A stretch of 63,037 nucleotides of DNA, counting the filler, from Neoconidiobolus thromboides FSU 785 (Eukaryota > Fungi > Entomophthoromycota), in assembly GCA_025603075.1 (NCBI GenBank). It is 13 parts of 13 records of this genome, joined end to end, with 100 filler letters (N's around TTAATTAATTAA, not from the genome) between each part and the next. Parts side by side here need not be neighbours in the genome. Positions count along the whole stretch, not along the records: positions 19,388 to 28,068 come from MU626675.1; positions 28,169 to 29,617 come from MU626963.1; positions 29,718 to 34,180 come from MU626783.1; 10 more parts are not named here. The stretch is one strand, 5' to 3'. Each line of letters opens with the position of its first letter. Positions within the stretch are counted from its first letter, which is position 1. Of this stretch, positions 21,373 to 34,054 are shown one piece after another. A program made the translations under genes and the position numbers. Below the pieces are notes generated by a model. That model did no database searches. It was not told where the DNA came from and was given only the letters and a program-made list of their open reading frames with translations.

Positions 21373-21570
21373 GGTGATGCTTTTTTTGGCTTCATCACTT
21401 TTTCTATCTTCTAAGCACTGTTTGAGCAAAAAGATTGTTAATGAATGGGGATGTATTTTTGTATTTAAGAATTTTACTAACAATTTTTCTGCTCAAGTAG
21501 CGCTTAAAAGATGGAAAAAGTAATGAAGCCGAAAAAAACATCCCCAAATTCTTAAAAAAAATAAATATCC
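21373..21570. mobile_element. Nested MITEs: reverse copy (21447-21545) inserted inside a forward copy
   Basis: Outer copy resumes after the insert (AAATTCTTAAA..ATATCC) and has ATAT/ATAT flanks; inner copy flanked by GAAT/AAAT. Confidence 0.85.
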
Positions 21571-24500
21571 ATATACTTTTTATTAAAAATAAAAGTCAAT
21601 ATTTTATTTAAATAATGTTTATTATCTGGAGATTTTATTTATATGATTTCTTTTTAATATTTAAAAGTTTACAACAGTATGAATATTGCTCATTTATATA
21701 AGTAGTGGCTTTTTGTTTATTTATGAAGTTAAAATTCCTTTGTATAATATATTTTTAATAAATCAACAGTACTAAAGCTTTAAAACAATGTTACTATAAA
21801 TGTATGTTTATATGACTATCATTATATTAAATAAAGCGTAATTAGAAAAAATTTAAAAATTCTAGTAAAAGAGTAAAAAAATTCCTTAAACGCTATATTA
21901 TGCTTTCATCAAATATAACAATTTGCAAATATTATTGTTAAATTAATGTCAAAGCAAAACAAAATGTTGGTTAGATTCAACACAAGTAATAAATTAATTA
22001 CTGATACATACATATTTATTTAATTGTGGAAGGAGGTGAACAGATGAATGATAAGATACAGCTAATGTGTTATATAAAATATACTTATATAAAGAATACC
22101 ATTAAATTCCATGAACACAATAGAACAAAGCCATGGATTTGAGTAATAAATAAAATTTATAAAAAGGAGCCAATGTAATATTATTTAATATAAGAGAACA
22201 AATTAATATCAAATAAATTCAATAATGAAACTGGCTTTAATTTCAAGTTTCCCTTGCATCCATTTTCTATCTGGTCTAAAATAAATAAGTACTTAAGTAA
22301 ATAGAGCTCAGAATTAAATAACAATTGCATCCTTATCCTTGATAGTAAATCAAACATAACAATGGGGCCTAAAATTGATAGTTATAAAATTGAGTTTGTT
22401 CAAATTAATAAAAAAGAGTGAAAAACCTCTGATACTAATGTCAAAGATAAAACTGGTGTACAGTAGATAGCGAACTTTGTAATCTTATTTCAACAGACTT
22501 TTTTAAAGATACTCTTTATTGGTAAACGAAAGGCTCGTTTTTTATCCATATAATCTATAGAAAATTCAAAGATCAATTCAATATCAGTATACTAGTTTTT
22601 CATTACAAAAATTACACAGGAGGCTTCATTACGTCTGTCTTTAGCCAACTATGAACTGCTTTTATTACAAGAGATGAAATGGTGTTTATGAAAGAATCAG
22701 ATAAAAATAGACTTATAAAATAGCGTAAAATTATGATACCACCTTTTTTAGAAATGACTCATATTTTTGTTATACTTTGAAAAACGCTTTATGAACAATT
22801 TTACGAAGACGGCTGATTAGAGTTTAGTTATAATTATAAACATCATACTTCAGAGAATAGTGTTACTATTTCTCTGCTAAAGGCGGATGGGGGATTTTTA
22901 GCTATGGCAGAAGATAAAAGTGAGGTTTATATTGTTGATATGTAATATAAGGAACACTAAAGACTAATTTTTCTAATACAAAACAGATTTTTAATGAAAG
23001 TTAAAGTCAAAGGCTTAGACAATTGATACTAATAAGAATTTTAAAAAGGCCCTTATAGATGAAATGTATATTAATAAATCAAATACTCGTTGTTCAGTAT
23101 TTCAAAAGTACTAATACCTATTTTATGATATTTCTACTTATCTATTACTAGTATTAGAATTTTAGAATATTATATAACAGATGTATTAATCAATCGATAG
23201 AAAACTACATATTGTATTAAGTAAAGTTATCTATGAATGGTTTTTTAAAAACTTTGAAGGTAGAGAATCCATGAGTATTTTGTTAAAGGTAAGAAGATTT
23301 AGTATAAACTGAATGATAAGAGGTTGATATATATGATTTTTAATAACTATCTTTATTTATTTATGTTAAAAATTGAGACAGATTAGTACTTAAAGTAAAG
23401 ACAAAACATGATCAAATGCTTTAATATAATATTTGTATATTAATAGTAATGCTAAAGCTTAAATAGATAAATTAAATTAAAATTTATCAATATAATTAAT
23501 AATCATATAATTCTAAAGTTTGTACGGCTTTACACGTTTAATTAAAAATTAGAAGCTATCCTTTAAATGTTATATTATTTATAAACAATAGAGGGTGATA
23601 TAAATGATTTAAAATAGTTAAGAATTTAGCTTTTTTATTATTGAAGTGTCGATTAATTATTATTAGACCTTTAACACTTAAATTTAAAATAACTTTTCAT
23701 TATATGAGCTTAATAGTAACAATATACTTTTTTCATACACCCAAGTTCTATCTAACTATTTATTAAATTCTTTAAAGAACTATATATAAAAGTAAGGTAT
23801 TGTCATCTAGCCAAAAATATAATATTGGGATCTTTTTAATTTTTAATATAATATTACTATTATTAACTCATAAAATTATTAAAAGATAAACAATCGAATT
23901 AAAAATTAAGTTTAAAACAATGAACCCTTAAATAACCATTAGAATTAAATTAAATATTCAGTTATACAATATATTAAAAAATTATTTTGATCTAATAATT
24001 ACATTAGATAAGACAAAAATAAGCTTTCACTAGATAACAATTTATATATCTTATTTCACACTTAAGTGTTATTTAATTTAACTTTAATATAGTTTTAAGA
24101 GGATGATCATGAACGGTGATATATTATTTTCAATTACTAATTTACATTACTATCCGCATACTCATATATTTATTCTTGTATACATTTATACAAATATAAA
24201 ATTACAGCTATTTTTTAAATTGCTCTAAAAGTTATCTGACAATGAAAAACAATACAGAGAAGCATAAATAATTTATATTTAATCTAAAATACTATATAGA
24301 CTGGCGCACAAAATTTAATTAAGTATTATACAAGCGTAATGTTAAGAAATATTGTTGGATAGATTAAGGTTTAATAAGTAGTAGCGGTTCAAGGTCAAAA
24401 TTTATAGTTGGGCAAAAACTCTCGGGGAAATTAAGCCAATCAATAAAAGTTTGGTTCGATCTTTTGTTATATTCTCAAATTCTTTTATTCTTAAAGTATT

Positions 24501-25250
24501 ATTTTTGAACTTTTTTAAAGATCAGTTTTTGATGAAGAATATTTGCAAGTGAAATCATCCTATATTTTTATAGTATTTTAGTAAAACCGAAATCATCTAA
24601 TTTTATTGGTTGACAAATCGAATATGCATATCTTTATTGGTTTAATTTTGAGATATGATTTGTTTTCATATTACATACTTAGTAAAACAAGGATAAATTT
24701 TTTAAAGGAGTAATATAACAATATAAGATATATAGAAATAAGTTAAAATGTTTTATACAATAATATTAAATTATAGTATCATAGAGTTAAATTTTAAACT
24801 CCTTTAACATATAAACTCTACACCCAAACAGTTGAAATGCCAGCTAATACTCATATAAAAAGAAGAGGATAAATGTTTTTGAACATAATTTAATTTAATT
24901 TTTAAATAAGGGGAGATATCCAAATTTAGCATTTTCAGTGGTTAAAATTTAAAATTAAATCCATTTTTATTAATTCTTCTCACTAAAATATTCATTATGA
25001 ATAAATATTATTTTTACCTCATTAAAAATTTAAGTATATAAAGGGCGATGAGTACCCGAATTATCTTTTCACTTTAAAATAATTATCTAATCTCCGTTTT
25101 TTAAAAAAAAAACTAATTAATTTTCAGCTTAGTATTCCCTAATTTTTTGCTTATTTTTGTATCGTTCAATTAAATATTTTATTACCTGTGTATATATATA
25201 ATATATTTGATTACCTCTTAGTGTTAACTTTAATTATTTTTATTTTTATT

Positions 25251-26342
25251 ATGGATACTTCACTTAATTCAGATCATTATGGCTTTGCTGTTCCAGTTAA
25301 AAATGAACGTTCAGAACATTTTGTTAAATCCCATCAAATAGAAGAGTTGCCTCAATTTCATGACCAGCATATATTTCACTCTGCTTCACAGCACCAATAT
25401 CCCCCAATAGACTATAATTTTTATCCTCCACCTCAATTTCAACCAATATTACCATCAAATCACAATTTATCTAATTCAGGCAGTGAAGTAAAAATGATGA
25501 ATGGGCAGTATTTGAATTCAATGGATGAAGGATATAGATTAGATCACTATATGTATTCTGATCAATACACACATCAGATTCAACCCACAGAGTCAGTACC
25601 TCAAAATCACATACATGCAACTTCAAACCCCATAAGTTATAATTTCAGTTTCTATGACACTAATAACGCTCCAAGTTTGCATCAAGAGCATAAATACCAA
25701 ATGTCGACTCATTCTACCCCATGTAATTTTCAAGAAGGTTTTCCTACTTCCTCTCCCTGGATGGATCAGGATAATGGATTTGACAACTTTACTGTAAAAT
25801 CGGATATCAACCATTACGATTTACACCCTTGTCTCACTGTAAAAAGTGAAGCTACCCATTTTGATTTACATCCCTGCCAATGGGAAAGCTGTCATGAGGC
25901 TTTTCATAGTATGGAAGACATGATAAGGCATGTAGTAGAAAGCCATATTGGAGCAGGGAGATCAACTTATGAGTGTAGATGGAGAGGTTGCAAAAGAGAA
26001 TGTAAACCATTTCCAAAGCGTCATAAAATGTTGAATCATTTTCGAACGCATACTGGAGAAAAACCATTTATTTGCAAGTTTCCTAATTGCAAAAAAGCTT
26101 TTTCAAGACCTGATTCTTTGGCTACACACATTAAAACTCATTCAGATATACGACCTTATATCTGTCCCTTACCTGATTGCGGTAGAGCTTATTATCACTC
26201 AAGATCTCTGAGAAAACATCTCATTGCTCATTCCACTCGCCCAACACCTTATACTGCTTTATTACAAAAAGCTTTACAGTCTGGCGTTCGTGCTACAATC
26301 CAGACAGATAATTCAGCAATCTTAGCATCCACCACTGGTTAA
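25251..26342 (+). CDS. C2H2 zinc-finger transcription factor with four GLI/GLIS/ZIC-like fingers
   Basis: CQWESC..H..ESH, CRWRGC..KPF..H.RTHTGEKPF, CKFPNC, CPLPDC; His/Gln/Pro-rich N-terminus; first ATG at 25251. Confidence 0.9.
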   Translation: MDTSLNSDHYGFAVPVKNERSEHFVKSHQIEELPQFHDQHIFHSASQHQYPPIDYNFYPPPQFQPILPSNHNLSNSGSEVKMMNGQYLNSMDEGYRLDHYMYSDQYTHQIQPTESVPQNHIHATSNPISYNFSFYDTNNAPSLHQEHKYQMSTHSTPCNFQEGFPTSSPWMDQDNGFDNFTVKSDINHYDLHPCLTVKSEATHFDLHPCQWESCHEAFHSMEDMIRHVVESHIGAGRSTYECRWRGCKRECKPFPKRHKMLNHFRTHTGEKPFICKFPNCKKAFSRPDSLATHIKTHSDIRPYICPLPDCGRAYYHSRSLRKHLIAHSTRPTPYTALLQKALQSGVRATIQTDNSAILASTTG

Positions 26343-27478
26343 TCTTATTGCTTATTTTAATTTCTTACTTGTACTTTTATAAACTTAATAAATCTTAGTT
26401 TGTTATATGTTAATATCATATATTTTTTGAGAACTAGTAATTGTGTATCAAACTAAATCGCATTAATTAAAACTTTAGCGTATACCACCACATGGTTTAA
26501 GAACTAAGTAGAATAAATTGAAGAATATTATGATAATGGAAATTATTAAAACTTTAGCTAGAATTATTTGCCCACTTTTTATTCTTAGTTTTTGAAGATA
26601 ATAAACGATTACATCATTTTTCTCACAATATCTTCTGTATTCAATTTATCAAGATTAAGATTTTCTGATTTTTATTGACAACTCTCATCAGCCGGAGAAA
26701 TAGGAAAATATGCCAAGCCATTTGAAGTCATTATATATAAATCAATTGATTCTTTATGCTGAAGTAATCAAAGTAGCATAAGTTCAAGATAATTTCTCAT
26801 GTTAGATTTAAAATAGCTAATAATAATGTAATGTTAAAACATAATAAAGATACTGATTTTTATACAAATTAGATTTTAATAAATTAATTTTGGTTTTTGT
26901 AGCTAGTATGGTGCTTTTTTAGTAATCATTAACTTTTTTAATAAAGTTCAATAATAACGATCACTCCATTACACCGGGTACTTGCCCTAAAAGACTACTG
27001 AACATTAAAACCACCGAAAATTGATTTTATACATTCTCATTGAGATATAGGCCAATTTCATAAATAACTTATTTTTTCAAAATAATCATTACTTTCAATG
27101 AGCGTTCGAACTAAAAATAAATTTTATTTATGTTATACTCTTTTACCTGATTTTCTATGTTGTTTGATAGAATTATGTTTTTAGAAGTAAAAATAACTTT
27201 TTGGTCAAGGAAATCAATTAATGAAAAAATATAATTGGTTTAGTAAAAATGCTGTATGCTCAGTTTTAACTATCACAAGTGGCTTAATATCTTCCAGGTA
27301 TTTTATACTTTATAATTTGAATTCGTCAAACTACAATATTCTCTGTAAAAACTATAGTGTTTAATTTTAATAAGTAAATTATTTAAACAAATTTAAATTT
27401 TATTTATTTTATTAGTTTAGCATTGTTGACTATTAATATTTATACCCGCCTAATACATAGATAAGGACATCGTGGTAT

Positions 27479-28068
27479 CTATAAGCTAATAAAAGTTTTA
27501 AAATAGTTTAAGACATTCTCCACAGAAGTACTCGATTGATTAAAAGAAATATAGGCATCAGGGCGTATAACGAAAAAGGTGGGGATTTCATTAGAAAAGC
27601 TGAAATCATTAATACCCCATTTTTCAATATCTAAATATTTATTATTCTTTTCAAAGCTTTGTTGGATCATTTGTAAGTCGTCTTGGTCTACATCCTTAAG
27701 TTTACTTTCAATATAATATCCCCATTGCTTAGTGCTAAACATGTGCTGATCAAGTATGAAGCTCAATTGAAATAAACTACCATTCATTTTTGATTGTAGT
27801 TTAGCCCATTCCTCATTATGTCTTAAGTCTTTGGTAAAGTTTGCCAATTTATCGAAAGATTTAAAATCTAACCAAGATTCTGGAATATGAATAAAAACTT
27901 CAAATTTATCTCTACCATTCAAAATCTTATGAATAGAAGTTGATTTACTCTTAATATCAATCAATAACTTATCAGGTACTCTTAATCCAACCCCTGGAAT
28001 CTTAGAGTTATAAATCCAACCCTGAGAATACTTTCTTATTAATGTATTCTCATTATATTCGATTCCAA
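27479..28068 (-). CDS. C-terminal part of a FAD-dependent aromatic monooxygenase (PheA/TfdB-type); 5' part in gap 2
   Basis: LGIEY..PGVGLRVPD..SIHKIL and FFVIRPDAYISF match the thioredoxin-like C-terminal domain pattern; frame is open to the gap. Confidence 0.7.
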
Positions 28069-28168
28069 NNNNNNNNNNNNNNNNNNNNNNNNNNNNNNNN
28101 NNNNNNNNNNNNTTAATTAATTAANNNNNNNNNNNNNNNNNNNNNNNNNNNNNNNNNNNNNNNNNNNN

Positions 28169-29280
28169 ATTCCTAAAGTTGTATCAAAAATCCTTAATGT
28201 AATTATACCACTCTTTCTCCTTGGATAAATTTCTTTAACTAAGAATAAATTATTATGACGGTCAATTATAGATAAACGACAGTAAGATAGATCTAAATAA
28301 GTGATTGTTGACATGTCAAAAACTGAGTATAAAAGATTAGCCGAGACATTGATACAACCAGATAAACTTAGTTGACTTAAATTTGGAAACAACCTATTGC
28401 TCATGTTTAACTTTGATAAATCAAAACAATGCAGCTCTAATTTATTTAAATTGGATATACCATTGAATGCTAATGTTGAGTAATAAGTCTCATAATGAAG
28501 AGATTCAAGTTTTGGATAATTATTTAAATTGATAGTGGTGTTTGACGGATAGTTTATATCTCGTATACCAATATAGTTAATAACTAATTGTTTTAATTTT
28601 GGAAATTGTCTCTTTGATAAATAATTGTATTGCTCTAATTCAAATTCAATATAACATAGTTCAAGTACTGTTAAATTATCAAATCTATTTAGTAATTTTT
28701 CAATGTGTAAAGTATCTTCATAAACTATATTTTCTAGATTTAAGGAACTTACAGTTGATGGTAAGGCGAATATTATTAATTCTACAAAAGATTTGTCTAG
28801 ATAATCTTCTGAGCCTACAGCTTCAAATTGCTTTAAATTTTCAAATGCTTTCTCAATACTAACTCTGTTTGCAGCTATATAATCTTCAATTGGTATATTG
28901 TCAATGTATTCCATATATTGCATATAATAAATACCAATTGACGGGATATGTGTTAACTTCTCTCTATTTTTCAAATATAAATCTAAAGGTAAAAATAATT
29001 CTGTACAGTTTGGATATGCTGATAAGTTATTTGGGAAATCTTCAATGTATTTAATATCTAAAGATTTAACATATTGACCATATTTTTGCATCGATTTTTT
29101 CTTTTCTTTCATATAAAGACAACCATTTAAATCAACATGTTCAAACAATATAGGCATTATTACTTTATTCCATTTTTTACAGCATATAAATAGATTGCAT
29201 TGATCTTTAATTGAAAGGTGATATAATACTTCTTTAATTATAAAGTATCCAAGGTTTTCGAATTTGAAGTCATCAGACAT
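28169..29280 (-). CDS. F-box / leucine-rich-repeat protein, 3' end in gap 2
   Basis: IIKEVLYHLSIKDQCNLFICCKKWNKVIMPILFEHV F-box, then LxxLxL repeats (FPNLSQLSLSGC, ITYLDLSYC). Confidence 0.85.
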
Positions 29281-29717
29281 TTTGAAGTTGATTGGAGTTG
29301 TAAATATTTAATATTTAATATTTAATATTCAATAAAAATATAAACAAAAACAAAAACAATATATGATTCCTTTATAAATCCTGTTTTTTGTAATGTTCTT
29401 ATAAAATCATAATTTTTAATTCAATTTTAATTTATTCGAAAATTGTGGCCAAATTTGGTCAATTGTATTATTAATTTTAAATCATATTCTAAAAATAAAA
29501 ATGTCTTTTAACATAAATATAAATAGAATAATTTACTATTTACAAGAGACAACGTAACTATTTCCAAAAATTTAAATATACTATGACTAATATTTTAATA
29601 ATACTTATTAGTTTATTNNNNNNNNNNNNNNNNNNNNNNNNNNNNNNNNNNNNNNNNNNNNTTAATTAATTAANNNNNNNNNNNNNNNNNNNNNNNNNNN
29701 NNNNNNNNNNNNNNNNN

Positions 29718-29827
29718 AAAATATCTGCACTTTGATTAATAGGATGAGCAATCGACCCTGATGGTAAAGTAGTACTAAATACAATGGTACCAAAAGAGAG
29801 TAAAGATGCAATGTTAACAAATTTCAT
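29718..29827 (-). CDS. 5' end of a small secreted protein, likely paralog of the I78 inhibitor; runs into gap 3
   Basis: MKFVNIASLLSFGTIVFSTTLPSGSIAHPINQSADI; signal peptide and aatcATGAAA context resemble the gene at 31961. Confidence 0.6.
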
Positions 29828-30289
29828 GATTTTTTGTTACCTTTGGTACTATCTCGAGTTGTTTGTATGCCATTTTTTAAGTTTTTATATTTTCACTAAC
29901 CTTTTATTTTACCTTATTTCAAGGCTTTATTAAAAAACTATTTCAAATAGTTTAATTATAATAAATAGAACTATATCGTATAATGTTGAATTTTAGTAAA
30001 CACTACTTATCCCATTTGTAATACATAATTAAACTTTGTATAAATTCAAAACATTAATTTAAGTTTGCATTTTTTGCAGAATTGATTATTAAATTATTTT
30101 TTAAATACTTGATTATAATTATTTCTAAAAAAAGCTTTCTATTTACACCAAAGCTAGCATTAAACCATAAGTTTAAGCTTTAGACATATATAATTAAACT
30201 TTGATTATTCATTTAAAGCAACACTGAAATAAGTATTTATTATTTAAATAGCTATTTTATTTTTTAGTTATTTAACATTTACTGTATAA

Positions 30290-30377
30290 GGATATATCTT
30301 TTAAGAATTTCACTGAGATAATCTTTCCACTCAAATAACGCTTGAAAAATGGAAAAGGTAAAGCCAAAGATATCCCC
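30290..30377 (-). mobile_element. MITE copy (diverged, reverse)
   Basis: TTTCCACTCAAATAACGCTTGAAAAATGGAAAAG..TATCCCCATAT. Confidence 0.75.
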
Positions 30378-30522
30378 ATATTTTAGGCAAATTATAATTA
30401 TAATAATACATAATTATCTTTTGTATAATTTCATAAATGTTTTAATTTTTTTAAATTTGAAATATTTTTAACTTGATTAGCATAAAAGTTTAATATAATA
30501 AAATGTAAATACTCGAATGAAA

Positions 30523-30567
30523 TTCTTATTGTTCTTATTATTCTTATTATTCTTATTATTCTTATTA
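30523..30567. repeat. (TTCTTATTA)5 minisatellite
   Basis: Five 9-bp units, the first ending in G. Confidence 0.9.
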
Positions 30568-31451
30568 TTATATTATTTTTTAATTATTTTTTATTTTATA
30601 AAAAATAGTTTTATTCATATAAATATCATTATACCAAATATTGACTAGTTATTTAATTTGAGCTCCAAAAACTAGCTTAAAAAAGCTGACTTTTTTTCTG
30701 AATTAATAAGACATGTAAAATGTTACTAGAAAAACACTATAGTAATTATATAAGGAATTAGTTTTTATATACGATTGATGTATTAGTGAATATAATATAA
30801 AAACCTAAAATTAGATTGATTGCTATTCGATCTAGCTCCAATCACTTGAAAACTGGCTCAAATAGACAGATTTTTGAGAATGATACTCATTAGTAAATAT
30901 AATAAACTTAATCAAATAATTTATTAGTCTTAACTTTTGATAGATAATTTTTTTATATGGTGATAGCTTTTAGGTGAAGAGTATTTCAAAGCTGATAGTT
31001 ACAATATTAAATATTTTTTAAATTTAGATCCAAACTTTCTAGTGGTAAAATGCTGCTTTAACAATTGTTTAAACTTAACGACATTAAATTGCCCAAAATA
31101 CTAACGCGTAAAGATTTACTTAATATATTAAACATAATTACCTAGCTTGATTCTTTAATAATTATTCAATATGTAGGTGGTTTCTACTCACTGAGACCTA
31201 TTATGACTCAGATAAACATAATCTGTTTATATAATTGAACAAATTAGCTGGGATAAACTTGACACCTTAGCCTGTCAAGGTTAGACTTTAATAAAAAATC
31301 ATGACGATTTAAGCCATCATTTGTATCCAAGTGACTAAAAATAAAAATACAAAATATAATAATAAATTTAAATAATATAACAAGTGAATAAGATCGCATA
31401 TAAATATATTTTGTTTATATTAAACAAAATTAGTTTATTAATAAAACTTAT

Positions 31452-31961
31452 TTAACCGTAATAAATTTTTGTAATGATATAATCTTCATCAACTACAACA
31501 TTTAATCTATCTTCGACATAATCCATAGTTACACCAAGAGTGTTAGGAGTAATAATACGATTAGGTTTTGGTAAATCTTTGTCAAAAATCTAAAAAAAGT
31601 TAACTATTTTTAATTAATATTAATGAAAAAATAAGCCTACAATATTAGTGTTAGGATCCGTTATAGAACCTCCTTCTTGAATTAGTTTTTTACCAATATA
31701 AGAGGAAACATCCTTATATTCTTTGGTATCCTTGGGTTGTCTATTAGAATAATTATTGAAACCAGGGTTGCTATTTTGTATCACCATGTCAGTTTTAGAG
31801 TAATTGCGGGTTCCATTTTCTCTTTCAAGGTTATTACTTATACTTTCAACTTTATAACTGTCGTTAGCTTTTAATGGAGAGAAAGCCTTGTCTGATGGTA
31901 AATTAGCAGTTAAAACGGTACCACTGAGGGAGAGTAAAAATACGGAGTTAATAAGTTTCAT
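31452..31961 (-). CDS. Secreted serine-protease inhibitor, I78/potato-inhibitor-I fold; exons 31961-31641 and 31589-31452 (152 aa)
   Basis: Signal peptide; YIGKKL..; after a GTAGGC..TTAG intron IFDKDLPKPNRIITPNTLGVTMDYVEDRLNVVVDEDYIITKIYYG (VTMDY..RLNV..D signature). Confidence 0.85.
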
Positions 31962-32300
31962 GATTTCAATGTTATTTTTTATTTCATTTTAGTCCTATTT
32001 TGTTTGTATTTATATACTTTTTCTGACTTTTTCTTTTTCTATTTTAAATCTTATATTATGCTCTGTTTGTATTTTCATATAATCGATACTTACTAAAATT
32101 ATATTAATTATAGCCATTTTATAACATAATAAACCTTTTTCAAGAAACAATATTATTTATCATTTTATATTTTCATTATTCATGCATAAATCTAATTTTA
32201 GCTTAAACCAAACTTGTATATGGGAAAAAATAAAGCTACCTTTAATTACTGTCTGATTATTTAAAGATCTTGATACCAGAACAAGTTCTTGATAGGATTT

Positions 32301-32399
32301 GGGGCTGTTTTTTTTGGGTTCATTACTTTTTCTACTTTTTAAGCACTATTTGAGTGGAAAAATTGCTAATAAAATTCTTAAATACAAAAATACATCCCC
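32301..32399 (+). mobile_element. MITE copy
   Basis: GGGGCTG...CATCCCC; flanks ATTT/ATTC. Confidence 0.88.
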
Positions 32400-34054
32400 A
32401 TTCCACCTAAAAAGGAGCTATATAATTCAAGGCATGAGTATATCGATTAACATCTGTATGCGTCTTTAAAGTGGTTCCAAATTCGTTTCTCTTAGTAATA
32501 TATGAATTTAATTATTCCATCTTTAAGAGATAGAACAATTAATTGATCATCTTGTAATACTTCGTTACTACCTTGAAAATTATTTCAGATTTCAGTATTT
32601 AATAAACATTACTAGACTATTTTGTAGCAGTACCTTTTTACTTTAAACACTCTTAAACTCTATCTAATTTCAAGTTTCTAAAAGCTATCCTTTAAATTAT
32701 TTTTATATAAAGACCTTAGGCCCTTGTAAGAAGCTCTAATTAAACAAAAAGCTCATCTATATTGTTATTTATGCTTTATTTATTAGCCATTTGTATTTCC
32801 TAAGGTCCTCTTTAGCGAAAAGTTATACTATATTGAACATCGTTATGTTTATTAAATAGTTTGAAACATTAACTCTAATATCAATAGCATAATCAGATGA
32901 TAGAAGGAGAAGTAGCAATTATTAAACGATAAAAACGAATAGTTAAAATAAATAATTTACATAGATAAAAATAATTTTTTAATGGGACTGTTTAATTAAA
33001 TAACTTTTTTAGTAATATAATATTCACCAACCACAATATTTAAACTGTAGAGTTACAATCTCTAGTATATCAGCAACATTGGGGATGACTATACGAAAAG
33101 GCTGAGATAATTCAATTTTGTCACCTTGAAAATAAATTTCAAAATTTCAATGTATAGTCAAAATAGTAAGAGTTCATTATTAGGACTACTATATAATAGA
33201 GATGCTCCTTTTTTGATTGAATCTTTATCAGAATAAGAAGTGCTATCAGAAGTTCCCTTGCTATCTTCAATTAACATTCAAAGATATTCATAGCATTCTG
33301 GGCTAAGTTGGGGGGTTTCATATTACACTAGACAATCATTTAGATTTTTGCATCTAGTTAGCTACCGTAAGAATTTATGTTACTATTACTTTTGACATTG
33401 GTAATATCTATTTAAACGATAAAACTATCTGCTAGTAAAGTAGTACCTAAAAGAGTGGCACTAAGAGAGAATAAAGATATGAGAATAGTAAAATCAAGAG
33501 TGTAATTAAATAATTGGTATTGCTTTTAATTAAGTATATTATTTTTTATTGTATATATATATTCTCCTATTTCACCTCCTTTATTAAAGTTGATATATAA
33601 TGTAGTAAAGTGATTTATACCAATATTGAACTTGATGGTTTCTATTTACCTAAATTATATTTATGCATGGTATTGTTTTTTTTGAAGGGTTTAACTAAAA
33701 CTTACTGACGTCTACGTTCCATAAAAGATGACAAAAAGTGAAAAAAAGGCACCCTTGTATAAATTGAATCCCCTCATGATTAGGCACTACTCGACCTCTA
33801 TTGTGAAAGTTTACTTCTTATATTGAGTATATCATAGTATTTCTTTATGAAGATGACTTTAAAAGTATAATTTTTGTAGTATTCTATTTTGGATAATATT
33901 ATAAAAATCCATTGTATATTTGCTAATTAAATTTCAATTAGCTAATGAATTAAAGCAACAAGGAATTTCGAAATATAAAATATGATTACAAATCACAAAC
34001 ACCATGGTTTATTAGACTAAACAAACACTCTCTATAAATTTGTGTTACTAAACT

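Noticed and set aside
24375-24465. GGTTCGATC T-loop-like motif suggesting a tRNA
   Set aside because: No acceptor, D or anticodon stems could be formed; no tRNA or rRNA gene was recognised in the window
2-29280. Secondary-metabolite cluster (ADHs + monooxygenase + transcription factor)
   Set aside because: No backbone synthase; interrupted by housekeeping genes and gaps; the C2H2 factor is not of a pathway-specific type
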